Shown here: positions 1 through 14,500 of the stretch, one piece after another | Layout: each line of letters begins with the position of its first letter | How positions within the stretch are numbered: position 1 is the stretch's first letter | Origin: Prorocentrum cordatum | Taxonomy: Eukaryota | Length of the DNA stretch: 56,363 nt | Direction of reading: 5' to 3' | NCBI GenBank assembly: GCA_963575745.1 | Contig: CAUYUJ010000094.1 | Coordinates: 62,001-118,363, forward strand | The notes under the pieces: generated by a model | What the model was told of the DNA's origin: nothing | Databases searched by the model: none | The model's input: the letters and a program-made list of their open reading frames with translations, nothing else | Translations under genes and position numbers: made by a program

Positions 1-1669
1 AAAATGGTTTCGCAACAGGTATGTTCAACAAAAAATTGTTTGCGCGCGCTCTTGCGAGCACCGCGGGTTGTTCAACGCTTTCAAAACAAATGCCACCACA
101 CAGGCTTCGCGCGCGCACGTCGACATTGTTCGAACGCCCCTGCGCGCGTGCCGTCGTGAGAATCCTGTTTTGCAAAACAAAGCGACGGAATGCACACGCG
201 CGCGCCGTCGCTCGCGCATGCCGAAATCCTTCAAAAACCTTCCGTTCCGAAGCGATGTCAAGACCGAGTGTCCAAAACAGCATACAAAAACACATGGTTT
301 CGCAACATCAGTTTTCAAAGAAAGCGTGCGCTCGCGCTCTTGCGCATTCTTAAGAAAACCTTGGGGTCTTTCAGCATGTTCATGAGAGTTTGCCAGACTC
401 TGGTTCCGCATGCCGGCATCATTCGCACGCCCTTGCGCGCGTGCTGGGGGGGGGGGGGGGGGGGGGCACGATCCGTGTCAAATGAAACCATGCGGACCAC
501 TCTCGCGCGTCGGCCTCGCGCGCATGTCGAAACCTCTTTATCACCGACGCGAGGACGCCGTCATCGTCGTCGGCTTGATCAGCATCGGCGCCCGCACTGG
601 CCGCGCCTTCGTCGGTGCGAACATCGCCACCAGCATCGCTACCATCATCATTGTGTCTACTGGTGTCGGCGTTGCTATGATACCGCGCCGACCCAAGTCA
701 CCGACTCGCCGTGAAGTGCCCGCGGGGATGCGCCTAGCGGTCAGCGCCACCGCGGCCGCGCCGGCGGCGCTAAATTAGCTGGCCGTTGCGCGCGCTAGGG
801 TCGGCGCGGCCGCAGAGATGCACCAATTAACGCCAAGCATGCGTCGCAATCGCCACCGCATGGGTTTTGCAAACCAAGCTGCGGGTGGGTGGGTGAGGTG
901 TTTGCAAGAGCGTGGGATGTGTCAATTCGTTTGTTCAGATTAATTGCACCACATAGAAGGTGCCACATATATTGCACCACATAGGCAGCGCCACACAAAT
1001 TGCACCACGTCGATTGTACCACAGAGACCCACCGAGTGCACCACCATCACCACAACAAAGGGCGCACCGCAGAAACTGGTACACGAATATGGTACAATGC
1101 ATAGATTGCACCGCATATGATGCACCAGATAGATCGCACAGCAGATGGTATACTAGTGCTGTTCGAAACTCATTGCTTGGGGTCCACACTGGCTAACATG
1201 TTCCATGGGGTATGGCTTGTGCAGCAACGGACAATCGCGTCGAGCATGGTAAGGAGGTGAAGCCCGGCCCTATGATATTCACACTGGGCCTGCTCGAGGT
1301 CCAAGGAGCTCGGAATCACTCGATACCCCGGGCCAATGTTCAATTGCTCAACATGCCTGTTATTCAATCGCTTCGCTCATTCCGCCAGCCCATGTTGCAT
1401 GATCGCTACTGCTTCGCCGTGGGCCTGGGGCCATTGTGGCGCCGCCGAGGAGGAGGAGGATGAGGAGGAGGAGGAGGAGGAAGACGCGGATGGGGAAGGG
1501 GAGGGGAGGAGGAGGAGAGGATGAGAAGGAGAGGAGGAGGATGAAGATAAGTAGTAGTAGGAGGAGGAGGAGGAGGAGGAGGAGGAGGAAGGAGAAGGGG
1601 CGGAGGAGGAAGCCTCTCGTTTGCATCTTGTGTTGCTCTTGGGACCAAACAGGGTCGTCGTCGAGATGC

Positions 1670-2290
1670 TTCTTTGGGAGGCCTCTTGGGGTCTTTTGAG
1701 AAGCCGTTCGGGGGCGCCTGGGAAGCATTTTTGAACTTCTGGGGCCTCTTGGGGCCTCTTTTGGGCCTCCTGGGGGCCTCCTGGGGCCTCTTGGGGGCCT
1801 CTTGGCGGCATCTTGGGGCCTCTTGGGTGCCTCTCAGGGGCCTCTCGGGCCCTCCTGGGGCCCTCTTGGGGCGGGAAGGCTCGAGTTTTCGGTTCGTGGT
1901 CCCCCTCTTGGGCCCCTCTTGGGGCCGTCTTGGGCCGTCTTGGGCGCCTCTTGGGCCGTCTCGGGGCCCTCTTGGGTCCTCTTGGCGCCCTCTTTGAAGC
2001 CTCTTGGCCCGTCTTGGGGCGCTCTTGGGGGCCTCTTGGGCCGTCTTGGAGCATCGGATGGCCGAAAAGGCGACAAAACCAAAATCCTTCCAACACGATC
2101 GTAAAATGAATGATTTTGGCCTGTCGGGCCCTCTTGTGAGGCCTCTTTGAGGCCACTTGGAGGCCTCTTGGGCCGTCTTGGGGTCATCATCGGCGTCTTG
2201 GAGCGCTCTGTGGGCGTCTCGGGGGCCTCTTGGACCGTCTGGGGGACCTCTTAGGGCCCTCTTGGACCGATTTGGAGCCCTCTGGGGCTC
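1670..2290 (-). repeat. 11-bp minisatellite (TCTTGGGGGCC)n, reverse complement of the arrays at 3700-4020 and 4740-4860
   Basis: Directly visible periodicity. Confidence 0.85.
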
Positions 2291-3445
2291 CGAATAAGAG
2301 TTCCGGCATCCTTGAACAGGACTTGCCGGGAGTCTGCAGGGGTACGTTTCGTCCGGGGACCCCCAGGGCCCGCCCCGCGCGCGCGAACAAGAAAGATTGT
2401 TTACCAGCTACCAGAGATCTTAGCGCGCCTCTGGCCCGTTGGGCCGGCGAATTCGGCCAGTTGGTTCTTTCCTGAACTGTTAGATTAGTGCTCAATGAGA
2501 TATCGGGCAGATTCCGACGGGACTGTGCCCACTGACTGTGGCTCCCTCCCTCTCCTTGCGCGTTTCCTCTGCGCCAGCTCTGCCGAGGCGGTCGGCAGTC
2601 CTCCCCGACATGGCTGGCGCGTGTAACCACTGTTTTGCTGACGCTCTTCAGCCTTTCGGCTGGCGACATGACGTTTGGTCAGCGAGTGCTCTGTTACCAA
2701 CGGTTTCGAGAACAGAGCACACGGTCGCGCATAGACGGTCTTATGATGTCGGGTGGCTGTAGCCACACATGATGAAAATCTACTCAACTGCTTGGGGCGC
2801 CGCCCCATGTGGAAGCTCCTATAGAGGTGGGCCTGAGCAGCCCCCCGTTGTAAGCCACATCAAAACTGCTGTTTTTTCCACGCCAAACACCGCGCGTGAC
2901 CTGACCACATTGTGAACCAGGTGGTCGCCAGGCGAAACGGGAACGCCGCACAAGCCGACATGCAACAAGCATGAGGGAGAACCCCGTAGGGCGCAGCGTG
3001 AACGATGGAGAAGAGAGAAGAGCGGGGACCAACACACAAACCAAGACTGACCGAACGAAGACCAACCCAACAAGAGGGGGTACAACGAACAGACGAACAA
3101 GCAAACAAGAGCGGGGACCAACCAATGTAGACTGATTGATTGAACGCACGAACCTCTCAAAGGACGACGGCACGCGTCATCAGAAGAGCTCGAGGCCCGA
3201 ACGCCGTGAGACCAGCAGTGCACGACCGTGGAGGCGGTGACGAACATTCACATGGTAGTCTATCAGCACTGCTGTGCGTGCTAGCTCAGAGGTTGCAGCG
3301 TAAAAGACAGGTGCGGCAACACTGTGGTCAATCGCGATCGTCAAGCATGACGGTGCCAAGAGAACGCCCACGGTGCGACCCGTCTGAGACAGCACCCGGT
3401 GGGCTCACAGTCAGACAGCCCCTGAGACAAAAAGGGCGACGCAAA

Positions 3446-6447
<3,002 letters not shown>

Positions 6448-6449
6448 AG

Positions 6450-6497
<48 letters not shown>

Positions 6498-7129
6498 TCG
6501 TCGTCGTCGTCGTCGACGTCGTCGACGTCGTCGTCGCGGTTGTGGTCGTCGTCGTCGTTGCGGTCGATATCGTCGTCGTCGTCGGGTGCGTCGTCGTTGT
6601 TAGGATCATCGCTGTGGTCGTCGTCTCCGCTAAATCCCTCTTGCCTCCCACCGCTTTCTCTCCCTCCTCCTCCGCCTCGTCCTTCTCCCGCTCCCACCAC
6701 AAGGAGGATGTACAAGGAGGCGGGAGGAAGGAGGAACAGGGGAGATATGCGGGGGCAAGCGGACACACGCCTGAAAAACACGACTGTCGGCATGCTTCGC
6801 AAGAGTTGCTGTTTTGAGATGGGCTGGTGGGGATACGCGAAGCGTGAAGAATTAGAAGAAACCAAAAACGCGACGCAAATCAGAAAGACACCAAAAAACA
6901 TAAACATAAACTTTGGGCCCTCAGCGTGGATTTCTTGGATCTGCGCTGGACCCCTCTCCCTGGCGCGCGGAGCGCGCCAGGGGCGGCGCTGGAGGCGCCG
7001 CAGGCGGGGCCCCAACGCAGAAAATCCAGCAGATCCGGAGCGCCAAGAGTTTATGTTTCTGGCGGACATTCTCCTGACAGTTGTAGCACAGGGCGCAGGG
7101 AACAATGAGGTATGGGTACAGGACAACAT

Positions 7130-7538
7130 TCGGGGAGACGTAAGACTCGGGTACGGGGGCTCGGGTTGGCCTGACGTGGCGACCATGAAAATGACGAGAG
7201 CCAATATGAAATTTGACGCGAGCTCCCGCTGCAAACATCCCACGAAAACCAGACCGTTGGAGGCTTAGAAATGGGCATCAACACCAGCACCGAGGGTTGC
7301 CTCCACTAGGGAATTGTGATCCTAGACTTTGGTGTTGGTGGTAATATGTCGGCCACATTGGAAGCCCGAATGTTATCACCATCGCCGAGATCAGGATCAT
7401 CTTCGGTGGAGGCACATCCCCGATATTGGTGTTGGTGTCAACCTCTAGGCCTCCGAGACCGTCAAAATCCAGGACCCGCTCGTCCAAAGACGCTGGCAAA
7501 CCCGAGTTCCGGCTTAGTCGAGTCTTACGTTTCACCGA
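7130..7538. mobile_element. MITE-like family G (TIR TCGG.GA.ACGTAAGACTCG, AACAT TSD) carrying nested element H. Uninterrupted copy at about 36607-36810
   Basis: 20-bp imperfect TIR; AACAT at 7125-7129 and 7539-7543. Confidence 0.8.
7258..7455. mobile_element. Nested TIR element H with 7-bp TSD AGACCGT
   Basis: Imperfect TIR of about 32 bp; AGACCGT at 7251-7257 and 7456-7462; absent from the 36.7-kb copy of the host element. Confidence 0.8.
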
Positions 7539-7597
7539 AACATATGCAACCCTCCCCCCCCGCGCTCCCCTCCGCCGCTCCCTCCGCACCGAGGCCC

Positions 7598-7677
7598 CGG
7601 CAGGAAGTGGAAGAGGTGCAGGAACTCCTGGCAGCTGATGGGCACGGCGGCGTGCCGGCGCTTGAAGTGCTCCCAGC
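7598..7677 (-). CDS. EF-hand-like gene exon (GWEHFKRRHAAVPISCQEFLHLFHFLP); 3' end uncertain
   Basis: gagag|GC acceptor; high GC3; ISCQEFL resembles an EF-hand loop end and exiting helix. Confidence 0.68.
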
Positions 7678-10554
7678 CTCTCTCGCTCTCTCCACGCTCG
7701 CGCGGGCCGTGCGGCGAGCAGAGATTCCGACCCCTCTTCCGTCCACCCTCCCTCCTCCTCCTTCCCCCTCGCCATTGTTTCTCCTCCCTGCATCTACTCC
7801 TCCTCCTCCTCCTCCTCCTCCACCTCCTCCTCCTCCTCCTTCACCTCCGCCTCCTCCTCCTCCTCCTCCTCCTTCACCTCCTCCTCCTCCTCCTCCTCCT
7901 CCTCGCGGTCTTCCTCAAACATTTGTGCTTCAACCCCGCCCCTCCCTGCCTCTATCACCGCTCGCGCGTGCGGGCGTCCTGCGAGAGCACCTCGCCCTCC
8001 CTCACCATGCCGAGTGGTGCCATCGGCCTTCGAGGCTCAAAGGGGAAGGCTTCCATAAGCATGCTCGAATGCCGTTGCCCCAACCGAAGCCCGCACTCAG
8101 GGGTGCGCATGCTTCGCCCTACAAGAGCGGCCGCGGTCTCCGGGTTCTAGACTCCTTGCGGTCCGTTGCCGCCCGGTTGCTGGCTGCGGCCTTCGTAATC
8201 TGGGCTTCTTGTCAGGTCGGGCCTGTCCCCCTACAGGCGGATTTTTGACGAAGAATAGAACATAGTCCAACAATATCCCAAACTGGTCAAACATAGTAGA
8301 ACATCGTCCCAATTATATATTTTGAACTACATTTGAATATTCCTCATTGCCTAACTTAAGCTTAACTTAAGCTTAAGCTTATTGAGGGACAGGCCCGACT
8401 TCAGCTTATTGCCGCACGCCGCCGCCAGCTGCTGCGCTGCACTACTCTGCACTGCTGCGGACAGGAGCTCCTGCTGCGCACGTCGCGGCGGCGGCCCCGG
8501 GCGACACGCCGTGCAGGAGGAGGAGGAGGAGGAGGACGAGGAGGAGGAGGACGCGGAGGAGGAGGAGGAGGAGGAGGAGGAGGAGGAGGAGGAGGAGGAG
8601 GAGGAGGAGGAGGAGGAGGGGGGAGGGGGGAGGGGGAGGGAGGAGGAGGAGGAGGAGGAGGAGGAGGAGGAGGAGGAGGAGGAGGAGGAGGAGGAGGGGG
8701 AGGAGGAGGAGGAGAAGGAGGAGGACCTGCGAGCTGAAGCAGCGCGTCGCTCCGCTCCGCGGGGCGGGAGGCCGCGGAAGCTCGGGACGCTGGCGCGGGC
8801 GGCGTGCCCCGCTGAAGCACCGTGGGCCAGCGAGGGCGGCGCGACACGCGAAGCACCGCGGGCCAGCGAGGGCGGCGCGACACGAGAACCTAGAATTACG
8901 TCGGGTCTGTCCCCCTGCAGGGGGATTTTGTGCAAAAAACTTGGATCTGTTAAGAACAGATTTCCAAATAGTCCAAACATGCTCAAACAAATCGTGCCCA
9001 GACTACTTTTTGACTATGGTTGAACATTCCTCCGTTAGGGGGACGTGCCCGACTTAAACCCAGAAGAAGAAGGCACGGCACAAACATAAACTTTGATGCT
9101 TCGCGCGGGTTTCTCGGATCTGCGCTTGACCCCCCATGGATTAAACGAAAGAAAAACGGCATAGACATGAACTGTTGACGCTCCGCGCGGCTTTCTCGGA
9201 TCTGCGCCGGACCCCCGCCCTGGCGAGCGGAGCGCGCCAGGGGCGGCGCCGGAGGCGCCGCCAGGGGGGCCCAGCGCGGATCCAAGAAGTCCGCGCGGAG
9301 CGCCAAAAGTTTATGCTTTTGGTGGTTTTACTTCTTCGAGACACGCTAACCACAGTTTCCCGACCGTATCGCGCCATGTAGGGAGGCTGGGCCAGGCAGA
9401 GGGCCGCCGCCTCGGAAGGACACCTGCTTGCCGGGCTCGGCCCCCTCGTCCACGAAGGTCTCGCACAGGAACCGCTGGAGCTCCCACTCCTGAAGGCTCC
9501 CCTCCTCCTCCTCTTCCTCCTCCTCCTCCTCCTCCTCCTCGTCCTCCTCCTTCTCCTCCTCCTCCTCCTCCTCCTCCTCCCCCTCCTCCTCCTCCTCCTC
9601 CTCCTCCTCCTCCTCCTCCTCCCCTCCGCCCCAGAGGGAGGGGAGGGACTGGTACTGAAGGCGCGCACAAGGGGGTTACGGGGAGGTTGGGAGGCCTCTT
9701 GGAAGGAGGCTGCTTCTCAGAAGCCGCCGGCCCTACGTCTACAGACAAGGCCCGCGCCATTCAAGACGCAGGGGTGCTTCTAGATAGCCTTCCCCCCTCC
9801 CCCTACCCCCCTTCTGTGCGTGGCCGATGGCAGTCTGGCATGAAGGAGGGGGGGGGATGGGGATCTGGGTTGGGAAATCAGAAGGTACTGCTACCGCTAG
9901 TCCCTGGACCTCTCCCGGGATGCGTTCAGACCAAGACTTCGAGGCGAATCCTGCGGTGGCGACGAGGGCCTCCCAGGAGGCCCCAACACGGGGGGAAACG
10001 ATAGCAAGGCAGCCTGCACGAGGGACGAGGGACGAAGGACGAGGGACGAGGGGCGAGGGAGGAGGGAGGAGGAACAGGAGGAGGAGGAGGAGGAGGAGGA
10101 GGAGGAGGAGGAAAAGGAGGAGGGAGGAGGAGGAAAAGGAGGAGGAGGAGGAAAAGGAGGAGGAGGAGGAGGAGGAGGAGGAGGAGGAGGAGGAGGAGGA
10201 GGAGGAGGGAGGAGGAGGCTCAAAAAGTATGGGTACCTGCTCCTCGTCGGAAGTCTGGGGGGAGGCGCAGGGCGCCCGGGCGTCCCGTGGACCCTCGCGC
10301 GAGCCTCCAAACCTAAGGGGGGGCTCTCTCCGTCACGGCCCGCCAGGGCGCCACCCCGAGAGGGCCGGAGGTGCAGATCTGCGCACCGACCCAGGGTCCA
10401 AGGGTGGGCATGGCCAGGAGGGTCCCAGACTCGAGGAGCCTCCCAGGTCCTCCATCACGTCCTGCTCTCGTCCCTCCTCCTCCCTCCTCTCTCCTCCTGC
10501 TCATCCTGCTGCCTCCTCCTCCTTCCTCTTGCCGGGGGGCTCCTCTTCCTCCTC

Positions 10555-10632
<78 letters not shown>

Positions 10633-11558
10633 CCTCCTCCTCCTCCTCCTCCTCCTCCTCCTCCTCCTCCTCCTCCTCCCTCCTCTTTCTCCTCTTTCTC
10701 CTCCTCCTCCTCCTCCTCCTCCTCCTCCTCCTCCTCCTCCTCCTCCTCCTGGGAGGCAAAGCGTTAGGCATGGGGTGGTCATGCCCATGGTCTGTGGTCT
10801 AGGGCTGTAGTCTTGAGGGTCAGGATTTATCCTCGGGGTTGGGCCGTTAGAGCTGGGAGACTAGGGTCAGCTTGTCAGGGTTCGAGTTCGGGTGGCAAGG
10901 GTAGCGCTCACGCACCGGCCCAAGCACCTGGACCTAACGTGCCACGCGGGCCCCCCGCGGGAAACTCGTGACGGCTGGTTTGGTCCTCGCGCTGGGCCTC
11001 CGACGGCCATCTGCTGGGCCCCTGGGCGCACACGACGCACGGACCGGCACGAAAAAAGCAGTCCCCAGGGAAGGAGGGAGGAGGAATATGAGGAGGAGGG
11101 GGAGGAGGAGGAGGAGGAGGAGGAGGAGGAGGAGGAGGAGGAGGAGGAGGAGGATCAGGAAGAGGAGGAGCAGGAGGAGGAGGAGGAGGAGCAGGAGGAG
11201 GAGGAGCAGGAGGAGGAGGAGGAGGAGCAGGAGGAGGAGGAGCAGGAGGAGAGGTCTGGCGGCCACGCAGACGGAACGACAATAAAAAAACGCACAGCCT
11301 CGGAGGTGTGGCGTCGGCGGCGGGGCCCGAATGACACGAGCCCGGCGCTCTCGCCCGGCCAGTGGGGTGCCAACAGCGGGCCGCCTGGCATGGGGATGAA
11401 GAAATTTGCTTAGGTCGGGTATGTCCCCCGACAGGCGGATTCTCGAGGAAAAATCCGCCGACCCTGTCGGCGTGTGTTGGGTGTCTGTCCAGTCACGTCG
11501 ACGGGGAGCCTTCTTCCGTCCCCTCCACTTCCCATTCTCCTCTCCCGTCGGGGGAGAG

Positions 11559-11594
<36 letters not shown>

Positions 11595-14500
11595 TGAACC
11601 CTTCCTCGTTCGGGGAAGGGGCTCGCAGCTTGAGGGAATTCCATCCACGTCCTCATTGCGTCAAAGGGAAGCCTCTTCCCTTTGTCCCTTCCCCGACAGG
11701 GGGGGAGGGGGGGTCCCGGCGGGGGAGTGGGGGGGGTCAGATTCGCATCGCCTCTGCGAGTTCTCCTCTCTCTCCAGCGTGCCGGTCCTCCTCGGGTCCT
11801 CCTCTCAAAATGGGGAGGAGTCCAGGGGGGGAGGAGAGTCAGATACGCCTCCGTCCCTGGGGGTCCTCCTCCCCCTCCCCTCCCCTCTCCCACGCCTGTC
11901 CTCCTTCCTCCTACCCATGCGGGGGGGCCCAGGGGGGAGTCCTTTTGCTCCTCCTTTTCCTCCTTTTCCTCCTCCTCCTCCTCCTCCTCCTACTTCTCCT
12001 CCTCCTCCTTATCTCCGCCTCCTCCTCCTCCTCCTTCTCTTCCTCCTCCCCCTCCTGGTCGTCGTCGATGTCTTTCAGGGTCGGCGGCGCTGGCCGTCAG
12101 GCCTTCACAATAAAAACAAATGCAGGCAACATATAAGAAATATTTGAAAATAATTAAGAGAATCGTCCCCATCCTATTTTCTAACTATTTTGAATATTCC
12201 TCCCGTAGCGGGACACGCCCGACTCAAAAAACGTTGCTCGGCCCGCAAAGCTGGCGATCGCTGGCGCCTTCGACCGCCGACGGGGCGCACCACGCCAGTG
12301 GCACACTGGGTGCAAAAGAAGATCGGCGGTGGACACACCTCCCTTTAGTAAACCTCCCCCTTGGTGAAAACGGCCTGGGACCGAAACCGACGGACCTGGA
12401 CCCGCAAAAAGGACGGCCGCGACGCCCTCTCGCGAACCCTAAACGGCCAATTCACTAATCGACGTGTCAGGGTAGGAGGTCCGTCACCGCACGGTCTTGG
12501 GACCCTGGAGGCCCCTGTCGCCCGAGACGTCCTCGAAGAACGACGCGAGTCCCAAAACCGTGCGGTGACCCCGGATGCCCACCGAGTGGTCACCACCCCG
12601 TTTGGGGACCCCCGAGAGGAGGAGCGAGGGGGGGGCCTCGGCCGCCGAAGGCTTCTGCCCCGAGAGCCCGGCGTGGCCACCGTTTCACGCTGGGCGCCTC
12701 CGCCCCAGCTTCTCGGCCACACGCAGGAGTGAGCCTGAGCGAGAGTGGCCTTTGGTGCGCGGCTTTTCGGGCGCCGCGGGGGGGGAGGCCAAGCACAAGC
12801 GCGCAGGACGCTACGATCGCACCGCGCTCGGCGACCGGGGGAACCCATTTGGCCCGCACCAAAGGTCACTCCGGCGAAAGGTCACTCTTACGCCCAGTCG
12901 ACCAGCTTCGGGCCCCAAGACCCTCGCAGATCGATCCGGTTCAAAATCGGGCATGGGCAGAAGCCCCTTTCACAGAACGTGGTTTAGTGAAAGCGACCTC
13001 GGGCCCAAACCTGGCGGGCGCGAGCCTGGAAACTGACGGCCGCGGCGCCCTCTCGAGAACCGGACACGGACAATTCACTGATCGACGTGTCAGGGGAGGT
13101 CTGTCCACCCCCGACCAAAAAATTACACAGAAAAACGAAGTCTGGGATCTAAGTCGTGATTTTTACGATGCTGCGGACGTTTCGCAACGACGTCGGATCC
13201 AAGGGGAGGCCTGCGCCGCAGAATGTCTGCGGCGTGAAGAGCGCGCAGGCGGCCTCGGGCCATGGAGGCCAATGAAGTCCCAGGTGCGGGGGAGAGGAAC
13301 ACGCAGTCTAGTTCAGGCATGTCTCTGTCTCGGGCGTTGGCAGGACTGGGTTTAGTGGGACCTGGTTTCGTGCAACTGTGCCGGGGGACGCCCCCCCCGC
13401 CCCATTCCACAAACCGGAACTGCCGTCACCCGAAGAACACCAGCTATGGCAGACATGGTTTAGTGAGTCTGTCCTATCTAGGGGGCTTCGGGGCCCTATC
13501 ACTAACGAGGTCCCCTTATCCGGGGTCTCGGCTATACTCGAATGTCCTCCTACAGGTGCATGTTGGAAGACAATTCTTCAAAGTCAAAAAACAATAGAGT
13601 CAAAAGATCACGAAACATCGTCACCATACTATTGTTTTCCTTTTCTTGAAGATTTTTACTGTACAGGGACATGTCCGATTTCAGTCTGGCACACCAGCGC
13701 GATCTCTTCGCGACGCCGGCTCCAGGCAGGCCGTGCTGCTCGGCAACAGGGGAGTGAGCAAGAGAGCGAAGGCGCAGGCAGACGAGGAGCGCGCGGGCGG
13801 GAGGCCAGGGCGGGCAGAAGATGGAAGGGGGGATCACAAGGACTAGATGACAGAGTGGGTGCATACGTGCAGTAGGAGCTCGACCACAAGACACCATCCA
13901 CAAGAAACCCAACCCTGAGATCCCAGGACCTCCATGGATTTTTGGTCTCGGAACGTCACGTGTGCCAAAGCAAAACCATCGACAGCCAAGCAACCCAGGG
14001 CACCTTGGAGGCAAGCAAGGTATTTTTTGGCATGGGTTTCCACTGTACCCTGTCTTGCATATGACGCCCGTGAGCAGCCCCACCCTGCCCCCTTTGCTCT
14101 CCCCCCCAGGCACGCCACGACTCGCGCCGGCGCCGCCTGGGAATCAGCCATTCGGAAACACTCCCAGACGGCGGCGGCGCGACTCGTGACGTCCCTGGCC
14201 CCATGGGGTTCTGCAGGAAGTCCACAGGAGCCCTTAGGAAACCCACAGGATGAACTCCATGCGATTTCTTATAAATAAATCAGACTCCTGAAAGGGAATT
14301 CATAGGATTCCTGACGAAGGCAATAGGGACATCCATCGGATTCCTTCCAATATCCAGACCCCCTCCCCCCCCCGGTCACGGCCATGATCGCCAGAGGATA
14401 GAAACACGGTGACAATAAACCTTGCGTTATGTCGGGCGTGTCCCCCTACAGGCGGATTTCGGGCGAAAAAACACAAATACCCCAAAACAAACATATAAAA

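Noticed and set aside
12490..12531. Alternative exon DVSGDRGLQGPKT, linked by an AGGACG repeat to the MPK donor
   Set aside because: It overlaps an inverted-repeat structure (12483-12569) within a duplicated repeat region, and its exit junction is non-canonical; unresolved.
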